A stretch of 64,000 nucleotides of DNA from Pseudomonadota bacterium (GTDB lineage Bacteria; Pseudomonadota; Gammaproteobacteria; DASZBR01), in NCBI GenBank assembly GCA_021777765.1, contig JAJYDF010000011.1:19099-83098 (forward strand), read 5' to 3'. The position numbers and the translations under genes are program-made. The notes beneath the pieces were generated by a model. That model ran no database searches, was not told the DNA's origin, and was given only the letters and a program-made list of their open reading frames with translations. Below are positions 39,898-48,800 of this stretch, one piece after another; the stretch's first letter is position 1, and every line of letters begins with the position of its first letter.

Positions 39898-41556
39898 TTA
39901 TTGTGAAGATGGTAACGCAAAGGCATAAAATTTATTGCCATGTGAATGACTGAGTATAGGTAAATAACCAGATCCCCAATATACAGTTCCATTCACAATA
40001 GTTGCACCAGACAATACAGCACCGGAATCGTTATCATCTACCATTGTTGGATATGACCATAAAATGGATCCATCTGATGCATTAAAGGCATAAAAATAAC
40101 CTGAATGTAATCCCAGTCTATTTGCAGATCCTGCATAAACAACGTCACCAGCGACAGCAACAGGTCCAGCAGCGAGATCATTACTATTTGGATCGGCTGT
40201 TTGCCAAATTATCTTTCCAGAAATTGCATCAACAGCAGCCCATAACGCATTGGTAGTAACAGCTGGGCTGCCTGGTGAAGGGTTAACTAAAGTAATAGGT
40301 ACATGTGCAATATTTGAATTAGCTACATAAATCCTATTGCCATCAGTTGCTGATCCCCATTCCATGCCGCCAAGAGTGTTTCCTGGACCAATAGATGTAT
40401 ACCAAATGACTTGGCCGCTATCTGGATTTAGAGCATATAAAACACCGCTCTTTTGTCCAGCTGCGAGCATATCCTGATCAACACCATTTATTTTAACTGT
40501 ATAAAGCATTGGGCCTTGACCGAAGTCAGCGTCGGGTCCACAAGACAAATGGCTTATCTTACAGATTAAAGTCCAAATATCTGGTGAATCAGTGGGGCTT
40601 AATTTGGTAGCCCATTTAACAGCACCTGTATCCAAATCAAGCGCCACAATTGCATCATCTAAATTGTTAGGGTCATCCTGAGCAGGTCCTGTGTAATTAT
40701 TACCAGTACCTATATAAATAGAATTACGTTTAACATCGATTACAGGTGTGCTTCCCCATACTGCAGCGCCGGTAAAGGCTGGAGTAGTCATATATGTTTT
40801 CCATAAGATCTTACCAGTTTTTGCATCAAGAGCATTAAAACTACCTCTGAAAGAACAGGTATTAGTTACCATGCAAAAGGGTGATGCTGTTTCCTCACTG
40901 GAAGCAACTCCAACATAGACTACGCCTTTGTAGTACATAGCAGATTGGTCGACTTTGCTAAGAGGATGTGAGTCTAGCAATGTGCTCCACCTCAATGTTC
41001 CATCATCGCGATTAATAGCCATCATGACTGCACCATTGGGAGGTGATACAGGTGAACTGCTGTTACTGGCTAGATAAATTGTATTACCAAAAATTGCTGG
41101 GGTTGCCCTTGCTTCACCTACCGTTTTACCTGGCTGTGAATAGTCTGCATCCATATTGTGTTTCCAGATAACAGATCCGTCATTAGCATTTAATGCCTGT
41201 AAATTTCCTCCCCAATCAGGGAAATACACAATATTATCTACCACAGCTGGTCTTGCGGAAATACCGGTCATTGTATCAATTTGATAAATCCATTTTGGGA
41301 CCATGTAAGGGACTGTGGCAGATGTCAGAATGTTTTCATGAGGATTATATGAGCTATTTACAATGCTGTTCCCGAAAAATGGCCAGTTCACCCCCATGCT
41401 TAATTGGCTAAGAGAGGCGCTTGTTAAGCCAAAGTTTAATGTTCCATTATTAATGGGTGCAGATTGTGCGTAACTTAAATGGTTTAAAGAAACTAAGAAT
41501 ATTGAAATTAATAAGCTTTGCCAAAGCTTATTAAATGACTTATTTATTGAATTCAT
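39898..41556 (-). CDS. Secreted PQQ-binding-like beta-propeller protein (polyvinyl-alcohol-dehydrogenase-like)
   Basis: Signal peptide. Repeated ALDAKTGKILW / ALNPDSGQVIW blades, VWGSTP.ID..RN.IYIGTGNNY, DADFG, GQKSG, GGMEWGSATDG. No CxxCH heme motif. Confidence 0.8.
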   Translation of the reverse strand: MNSINKSFNKLWQSLLISIFLVSLNHLSYAQSAPINNGTLNFGLTSASLSQLSMGVNWPFFGNSIVNSSYNPHENILTSATVPYMVPKWIYQIDTMTGISARPAVVDNIVYFPDWGGNLQALNANDGSVIWKHNMDADYSQPGKTVGEARATPAIFGNTIYLASNSSSPVSPPNGAVMMAINRDDGTLRWSTLLDSHPLSKVDQSAMYYKGVVYVGVASSEETASPFCMVTNTCSFRGSFNALDAKTGKILWKTYMTTPAFTGAAVWGSTPVIDVKRNSIYIGTGNNYTGPAQDDPNNLDDAIVALDLDTGAVKWATKLSPTDSPDIWTLICKISHLSCGPDADFGQGPMLYTVKINGVDQDMLAAGQKSGVLYALNPDSGQVIWYTSIGPGNTLGGMEWGSATDGNRIYVANSNIAHVPITLVNPSPGSPAVTTNALWAAVDAISGKIIWQTADPNSNDLAAGPVAVAGDVVYAGSANRLGLHSGYFYAFNASDGSILWSYPTMVDDNDSGAVLSGATIVNGTVYWGSGYLPILSHSHGNKFYAFALPSSQ

Positions 41557-41885
41557 GATTAATTACCTCTTATAAAATAATATTAACGTGCTTATATTGT
41601 TGTTATGTCCTTAGTGGACTCGGCATTAATCATTAATTTAAATAGTTATTCCCGCTGGAAATAACTGCTAATCCATATGCTTTACCTCATCACAAAAAAA
41701 ATCCTCGAAAAAGTTGAGGAATTTCAAATATTTATATTTTATTACCTATTTGTTTTTAATATAGATCATATTTTTGAAAATGGTTAATAAGATATAAATT
41801 TTAATCGGGGTGAAGATTATTTATTTTGAATAAAAGTGACAGAGCCTGCACACAATATGACCGTGTAGATGGATGGTCTGCTGGG

Positions 41886-42422
41886 CTAAGAGGGGATATG
41901 TGATGTATTTTTTTTTAAATCAATTAATTCTTTCCATAGTTTTATGACTTCTGGGAATTCAGGGGGGGGTACCTGTTGTCCAATGATGTGTTGAATTTTT
42001 TCCATAGGGACTTTTTTGCCATGATGTAAAAATACACCACGCACTAATGCTACGGCATAGAGTGTGTGTTTTGAAATGAAGCGTTGTTCGAAATAATAAT
42101 ATTTTTCATCCCATGCAATTACGCGAGTGGCAATGGTAAATTTTTGAAAGGGTCGAATAGGGCGTATAAATGTTAATTCAATGGCGTTGAGTATACCGTT
42201 CCATTTTTGTTTTATAAATAATTTGGCAACGCCTAATTGGGCGGCATAATAAAGTCGGCCTAAATCCATGAAGCTTAAATAGCGTGAATTGGTCATGTGT
42301 AAATTGATGTCACAATCAGTGGGTAGGCAACGGAATTGGAGGCGGGATTCATCTAATAAATGAATTCGCTTGGTGCGGAAACATTTGAAAATGAGAATGA
42401 TGAGGCGGATGAGAAGGTTCAT
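41886..42422 (-). CDS. Hot-dog-fold thioesterase (4HBT/THEM6-like)
   Basis: FRCLPTDCDINLHMTNSRYLSFMDLGR, F.RPIRPFQKF, WDEKYYYFEQRF. Confidence 0.85.
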   Translation of the reverse strand: MNLLIRLIILIFKCFRTKRIHLLDESRLQFRCLPTDCDINLHMTNSRYLSFMDLGRLYYAAQLGVAKLFIKQKWNGILNAIELTFIRPIRPFQKFTIATRVIAWDEKYYYFEQRFISKHTLYAVALVRGVFLHHGKKVPMEKIQHIIGQQVPPPEFPEVIKLWKELIDLKKNTSHIPS

Positions 42423-42445
42423 GGTAATAATTTAATTAAGATTGG

Positions 42446-42478
42446 CCCTCACCATAACCCTCTCCCGAAGGAGAGGGA
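42446..42478. repeat. BoxC-like pyrimidine-rich repeat with hairpin (related to family A)
   Basis: CCCTCACCATAACCCTCTCC-cgaa-GGAGAGGGA. On the minus (rpsT) strand the loop is C(UUCG)G. Confidence 0.65.
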
Positions 42479-42495
42479 ATAAATGCGGAGATAAT

Positions 42496-42765
42496 TTATT
42501 TACCGGCTAATTTTTTAATATGTGCGCTAAGACGCTTTTTGTGACGTGCGGCTTTATTTTTATGGATTAAACCTTTGTTTACCATGCTATCAATTGATGG
42601 CACTGCTTTTTTAAATGCAGCGGCAGCATCTGTTTTATTACCAGTAGCAATTGCTGCAACTGTTTTTTTAACGCTGGTGCGAAACGCGGAGCGTTGTGAA
42701 AAATTTAATTCGCGGTGTTTACGAGATTGTCGTACACGTTTTTTTGCTTGTTTGGTATTTGCCAA
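42496..42765 (-). CDS. rpsT: 30S ribosomal protein S20
   Basis: MANTKQAKKRVRQS...KGLIHKNKAARHK.RL. Confidence 0.97.
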   Translation of the reverse strand: MANTKQAKKRVRQSRKHRELNFSQRSAFRTSVKKTVAAIATGNKTDAAAAFKKAVPSIDSMVNKGLIHKNKAARHKKRLSAHIKKLAGK

Positions 42766-42806
42766 GGGAATAACTCCAATTTATCTGATTGAAAAAATAG
42801 CGAGAA

Positions 42807-42835
42807 ATAATGCCTATTAACAATGAATTTGTCAA
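42807..42835 (-). promoter_or_regulatory. Sigma70 promoter of rpsT
   Basis: Minus strand TTGACA, 17 nt, CATTAT. Confidence 0.65.
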
Positions 42836-42844
42836 TAATCTTTC

Positions 42845-42968
42845 TTTCCTTCTCCCCGATGGGGAGAAGGTGCCGAAGGCGGATGAGGGGGTATTAAAAG
42901 CGTTAAACAAATATTTGACATACCCTCATCCGCCTTCGGCACCTTTTCCCGCAAGCGGGAGAAGGAAA
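42845..42968. repeat. Inverted doublet of full-length family A repeats
   Basis: TTTCCTTCTCCCCGATGGGGAGAAGGTGCCGAAGGCGGATGAGGGGGTA, 27-nt spacer, TACCCTCATCCGCCTTCGGCACCTTTTCCCGCAAGCGGGAGAAGGAAA. Confidence 0.9.
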
Positions 42969-42988
42969 AAATAAGGAAAAAATAGAGC

Positions 42989-43017
42989 TTGTGAGATCCG
43001 CAATTCACCGCTAAAAT
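42989..43017 (+). promoter_or_regulatory. Sigma70 promoter of rpsO-pnp
   Basis: TTGTGA, 17 nt, TAAAAT. Confidence 0.55.
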
Positions 43018-43060
43018 AGCGAGTCAACATTAAGATTTAAATCGATTGTAGGAGAAATAA

Positions 43061-43330
43061 ATGTCTGTTAGTACACAAACAAAAGCGGAAATTGTTAATC
43101 AATATGCGCGTAAAAAAGGTGATACTGGATCACCTGAAGTTCAAATAGCTTTAGTTACCGAGAAAATTAATGCATTAACTGAACATCTCAAAAACCACGT
43201 AAAAGATAATCATTCACGTCGTGGCTTATTAAAATTAGTGAGTCAACGTCGTTCATTACTAGATTATTTAAAACGCGTACTACCTGAAAAATATAATGAT
43301 TTATTAGGTAAATTAGGGTTACGTCGTTAA
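43061..43330 (+). CDS. rpsO: 30S ribosomal protein S15
   Basis: [43 protein letters not shown]. Confidence 0.98.
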   Translation: MSVSTQTKAEIVNQYARKKGDTGSPEVQIALVTEKINALTEHLKNHVKDNHSRRGLLKLVSQRRSLLDYLKRVLPEKYNDLLGKLGLRR

Positions 43331-43390
43331 GATTTATTCTGGTTACCTTAAATTAATTCACTTAATTCAACTTACTGTGAGGAAATAACT

Positions 43391-45481
43391 GTGCTTGAAA
43401 ATGTGCATAGAAAAGAATTTCAATTTGGAAATTATACCGTCACCTTAGAAACGGGCGCGATAGCACGTCAAGCAACTGGTGCTGTATGGATACGTATGGG
43501 CGATACAGTGGTATTAGTCACTGTGGTGATTGATAAAAATGTGCGCGAAGGAACAGATTTTTTTCCTTTAACCGTGGTTTATCAAGAACGCACTTATGCA
43601 GCGGGTAAAATTCCAGGCGGTTATTTTAAACGAGAAGGACGTCCTTCTGAAAAAGAAACATTAACCTCACGATTAATTGATCGTCCCTTACGACCATTAT
43701 TTCCTGAAAATTTTTATAATGAAGTGCAAATAGTCGCGACAGTTTTATCACTGGATAATAATGTTGATGCTGATATTGTTGCATTGATTGGTGCTTCAGC
43801 GGCATTAGCCATTTCAGGTATTCCATTTAATGGCACTATTGGTGCGGCACGAGTGGGTTATAAACAAGGCAACTATTTATTAAATCCATCATCCAAAGAA
43901 ATACAAGATTCTGCTTTGGATTTAGTGGTTGCTGGTACTGAAAAAGCCGTATTAATGGTTGAATCAGAAGCCAAAGAATTACCTGAAGATATAATGTTAG
44001 GTGCGGTGATGTTTGGTCATCAACAAATGCAAATTGCGATTAATGCGATTAAAGAATTTGCAAAAGATGTAGCAAAAACACCTTTTGATTGGCAACCTTC
44101 ATTAGCGCATGATCATTTAATTAATGCAGTTAAACAACATGCTGAAAAAGATTTAACAGACGCTTATCAAATTAAAGAAAAAACTGAACGGCTTGCAAAA
44201 ATTAATTCATTACGCACTGATACCGTCACTAAATTAGTTGATGAAACTCGCCCAGAAATGAATGAACAATCCATTAAAAATGTATTTGAAGAATTGGAAG
44301 CGAAAATTGTCAGAAGTAGAATTTTGACAGGCTTACCTCGAATAGATGGCCGCGATACAAAAACAGTTCGTCCTATTAATGTTCGCACCAGTGTATTACC
44401 ACGTACACATGGTTCTGCCGTATTTACTCGCGGTGAAACACAAGCATTAGTGATTGCCACATTAGGCACTGAAAGAGATGCGCAAATTATTGACGCTCTT
44501 GAAGGTGAAACAAAAGATAATTTCATGTTGCACTATAATTTCCCACCTTATTCTGTGGGTGAAGTAGGGCAAATGGGAAGTCCAAAGCGCCGTGAAATTG
44601 GTCATGGTCGATTAGCGAAACGAGGTATTGCACCTGTATTACCTTCATTAGAAGAATTTTCCTATACATTACGTGTTGTTTCAGAAATTACTGAATCCAA
44701 CGGTTCCAGTTCAATGGCATCGGTATGTGGCAGCAGTTTGGCATTAATGGATGCGGGTGTGCCCATTAAAGCACCTGTTGCTGGTATTGCGATGGGATTA
44801 ATTAAAGAAGGCGATCAATTTGCCGTATTAACCGATATTTTAGGTGATGAAGATCATTTAGGTGATATGGATTTTAAAGTTGCAGGTACTGCAAATGGTG
44901 TCACTGCATTACAAATGGATATTAAAATTGATGGCATTACTAAAGAAATTATGGACACTGCTTTACATCAAGCAAAAGTAGGTCGTCTACATATTCTTCA
45001 TATTATGAACAGTGAAATTGCTGAACCACGTACACAAGTTTCTGCATATGCACCACGCATTACTACCATTAAAATTAATCCTGATAAAATTCGTGATGTC
45101 ATTGGTAAAGGTGGCGTTACTATTCGAGCTATTACAGAAGAAACAGGTACCACCATTGATATTTCAGATGATGGCACTGTAAAAGTTGCTGCAATTAATG
45201 ATACTGCTGCACAAGAAGCTTGCAAACGAATTCAAGCATTAACTGCTGAAGTAGAAGTAGGTAATGTGTATGAAGGAAAAGTCGCAAAAATTGTTGATTT
45301 CGGCGCATTCGTAACAATATTACCGGGTAAAGATGGCTTGGTGCATATTTCACAAATCTCCAATGAGCGCATCGAAAAAGTCAGCGATAAATTACAAGAA
45401 GGTCAGATGGTCAAAGTCAAAGTATTGGAAATTGATCGTCAAGGTAAAATTCGTTTGAGTATGAAAGAAGTCGCAGAATAG
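43391..45481 (+). CDS. pnp: Polyribonucleotide nucleotidyltransferase
   Basis: [63 protein letters not shown] and S1 domains. Confidence 0.98.
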   Translation: MLENVHRKEFQFGNYTVTLETGAIARQATGAVWIRMGDTVVLVTVVIDKNVREGTDFFPLTVVYQERTYAAGKIPGGYFKREGRPSEKETLTSRLIDRPLRPLFPENFYNEVQIVATVLSLDNNVDADIVALIGASAALAISGIPFNGTIGAARVGYKQGNYLLNPSSKEIQDSALDLVVAGTEKAVLMVESEAKELPEDIMLGAVMFGHQQMQIAINAIKEFAKDVAKTPFDWQPSLAHDHLINAVKQHAEKDLTDAYQIKEKTERLAKINSLRTDTVTKLVDETRPEMNEQSIKNVFEELEAKIVRSRILTGLPRIDGRDTKTVRPINVRTSVLPRTHGSAVFTRGETQALVIATLGTERDAQIIDALEGETKDNFMLHYNFPPYSVGEVGQMGSPKRREIGHGRLAKRGIAPVLPSLEEFSYTLRVVSEITESNGSSSMASVCGSSLALMDAGVPIKAPVAGIAMGLIKEGDQFAVLTDILGDEDHLGDMDFKVAGTANGVTALQMDIKIDGITKEIMDTALHQAKVGRLHILHIMNSEIAEPRTQVSAYAPRITTIKINPDKIRDVIGKGGVTIRAITEETGTTIDISDDGTVKVAAINDTAAQEACKRIQALTAEVEVGNVYEGKVAKIVDFGAFVTILPGKDGLVHISQISNERIEKVSDKLQEGQMVKVKVLEIDRQGKIRLSMKEVAE

Positions 45482-45494
45482 TAAATATATTTAT

Positions 45495-45567
45495 AAAAAA
45501 GGGGGCAAATTTCAGCTATCAACTTTATTGCAAATAAGTTGATAGGTGAAATTTGCCCCCTTTTTTT
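45495..45567. terminator. Long (31-bp arm) inverted repeat after pnp, terminator-like
   Basis: AAAAAAGGGGGCAAATTTCAGCTATCAACTT ... AAGTTGATAGGTGAAATTTGCCCCCTTTTTTT, one mismatch, T-tract at the 3' end. Confidence 0.75.
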
Positions 45568-45614
45568 AATTATATGCAAATTAAATCACTCTCGTATTTT
45601 TTAATACAGCTGTG

Positions 45615-45656
45615 CGATGTCCAACAATAATTATTGTATATCGTCTTAAGCTTAAT
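45615..45656. repeat. 42-nt imperfect palindrome, copy 1 (homologous to 53248-53289)
   Basis: CGATGTCCAACAA-taattattgt-ATATCGTCTTAAGCTTAAT. Confidence 0.55.
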
Positions 45657-45800
45657 ATTTACTCTAGTTATTTCAACGCTTTTTCTTATTCCTCTTAAAT
45701 ACTTCCTCACTACTTATTGTTGCAATTTATTGACGATCATCAATTAAATCTATTTAAAAAGAGCTCAATATAAAAATTATTAAAAGAGAGTAGGAGAGCT

Positions 45801-48800
45801 ATGTTTACACTGCCAGGATATAAAATTATAGAAAAAATATATCAAGGGCGAAATTCGTCTATCTATCGTGGTATGAGTCTAGAAGAGAATCAGCGGCGCG
45901 TTATTATTAAAGTTCCAAATACGAAATTACCCAATACGAAAGGTGCAGATAAATTACGGCGTGAATTTGAATATTGTCAAAAAATTCAATCTCAATATGT
46001 TATTAAATCAATAGCGCTTGTCGCTCATTACACACATGGGAATGTTTTAGTCATAGAAGATGATCAAGCCATTAAATTAAATGATCAAATTCCAGCGACA
46101 GGATTTGATACTTTAACTTTTTTGAAGCTAGCCATTCAGCTTACACAAGGATTAAACGATATTCATCATAATAATGTCGTTCACCATGATCTCAAACCTA
46201 ATAATATGATAATTAATCCTCAATCGGGTGATGTTAAAATCATTGATTTTGGAAGTGCTTCACCATTACATGAATCGCAATTATTATTAATTAGTCCTGA
46301 TATTACTGAAGGAACTTTGGCATATATTTCCCCGGAACAAACCGCTCGTATTAATCGGCGACTTGATTATCGTACGGATTTTTATTCTTTAGGTGTTACC
46401 TTTTATCAAATGATTACCGGTAAATTGCCTTTTAAAGTGACAACGATACAGGAACTGGTTTATTGTCATATCGCAAAACAACCCATAATACCTTCAGAAA
46501 TTAAGCCAAGCATTCCTCAAGTTATTTCAAGCATTATCATGAGATTAATGAGAAAAGCTGCAGAAGAACGTTATCAAAGTGCGTGGGGAATTTTAGATGA
46601 TTTAAAAAATTGTTTAGTTCAATATCAAAAGACAGGAGAAATAAAACCATTTGCTTTGGCAAAACAGGATAGAGTTGAAGGTTTTTTTCTTTCACAAAAA
46701 TTATACGGACGTGAAACAGAAATTTCTCATTTGCAAAATGCCTATGCGCAAACTTGCAAGGGAACAGCTTCAGTAGTAATGGTGACGGGACATGCTGGAA
46801 CAGGCAAATCGGTGTTGGTCAATGAGATGCGTCCTCATATCGTTGCAAAAAGAAGTCATTTTTTATCAGGTAAATTTGAACAATTAAATCGCGGAACTGC
46901 TTATAGTGCAATCACTCAAGCATTTAGCAGTTGGGCAAAACAAGTACTCACTTCTAGTGAAGAAGAAATTTTAAATTGGAAATTTCGATTGTTGGATGCA
47001 TTGAGTGGAAATGCTCAAGTCATTATTGATGTTATTCCAGATTTAGAATCAATTATCGGTAAGCAACCTATACCGCCTTTATTAGGTATTGATCAAGCAA
47101 GAAATCGTTTCCATTTGGTATTTCAAAAGTTTATTAATTTGTTTGCACAGGAAAAATCTCCTTTGTTTTTATTTTTGGATGATTTGCAATGGGCTGATCT
47201 TGCCAGTTTAAATTTGATAGAAGCTTTGATGATTAATCCTGAAAGTTGCTATTCGTTATTTATTGGCGCTTATCGTGATAACGAAGTAGATTCATCACAT
47301 CCACTGATAAATACTTTAAAAACACTGCAAAAATCCAATATTTCTATGCAATTCATCGAGCTACATTCTCTTAAGCTAGTAGATGTGAATCTATGGCTTG
47401 CCGATACGCTTAACCTGCCGCCTGAAAATACAATTTCATTGAGTGAATTAATCTATCAAAAAACAGCAGGAAATCCTTTTTTTGTGAAATCATTTTTATA
47501 TGCAATTTATGAAGAAAAATTTCTTACGATAATGAGTGAACAAGGTTGGCAATGGGATTTGGATAAAATTCGTCAACACAAAGCAATGGATAATGTAATA
47601 GATTTGATGATCGATCAAATAAAGCAATTACCATTAGATGCTCAAGAAATATTAAAACTTGCAAGCTGTTTGCGTTTTCAAATTTCCTGGGAAACATTAC
47701 AAATCATCACACGTTATTCTGAAAAAGAACTTCGTACTCTGTTGGCGACATGTCTTGAAAAAGGACTAGTTGTGCAAGTTGATAATAATTTGCGGTTTGC
47801 ACATGATCGTGTTCAAGAGGCAATAAATCAATTAATTCCGAAAAATGAGTGTCAAAAAATAGCTCTTTTACTGGGCAGATTGTTGCAGTCTAAATTACCT
47901 TTAATTCCTAGTCCAAATCAGTTGTTTGAAGTTGTTGAACACCTCAATATAGCCAAAAATTTAATCACTGATCGTGATGAGCAAACCGCTTTAGCAAAAT
48001 TGAATTTTCAAGCTGCGAAGCATGCAAAACATGCTATAGCTTATGCTTCAGCTTTGCGTTATCTAAAAGAAGCAGAGGTTCATTTTATGACAACAAAATT
48101 TTGGGAAGAAAATTATGATATTGCATTTGAATTATATAAAGAATTAGCAGACGTTGCCTATTTAAATTTAAACATTGATGCGGCAACAGAATATATTGAT
48201 AGTTTATTAGGAAATGCGCGAACTGAATTAGAAAAAGCTGAAATATATAATCAATTAGTGATACAAAAAACATTAGCAGCAGAATATCAAGAAGCAATTG
48301 ATATTGGAAATAAAGCATTGCGTTTATTAAGAATCCAATTACCTACCGAAAATTTATCTCATGCATTACAGGATAAGATCGTCAAAGTGAAAGTACTATT
48401 GCAGCAGAAAAAAATAGAAAAAATTAATACGCTTCTTGATGCGCCTGAAATGAAAAATCCGGAAATTAAAGCAGCAATAAAATTACTGCATAACTTATTG
48501 GCGCCTACTTATCTAGCAAATCAACCCTTATATGCTGTAATTACATTAATAATGGTTGAGCTCAGTTTAAATTATGGTAACGCAGTTGATTCAGCTATGG
48601 CTTATGGATCATATGCTATGTTATTGAGTGCTCAATTAGGAGAGATTCAATTAGGTTCTGAATTTGGTCTGTTAGCCATTGAATTAAGTAATCGATTTCA
48701 TCATTTACCATTATTATGTAAAACGCATTTTATTTATGCTAATTTTATTCATCATTGGGTAAAACCTCTGCTACAAGTTGATTCTCATGTGAAGAAATCT

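Noticed and set aside
42575-42910. Short ORFs 42575-42820 and 42719-42910, and similarly 29805-29999
   Set aside because: They are antisense shadows of rpsT or translations through the REP elements (e.g. PSSAFGTFSPSGRR), with no independent coding evidence.
42995-43060. S15 autoregulatory leader
   Set aside because: The hairpin-like CGCTAAAATAGCG overlaps the predicted -10 box and would not be transcribed. I could not build the expected pseudoknot.
45645-45660. PmrA box upstream of the hybrid kinase and orphan genes
   Set aside because: One half-site-like CTTAATATT is present, but the second CTTAA is 6 nt away rather than 11. No full tandem box was seen upstream of the other orphans.
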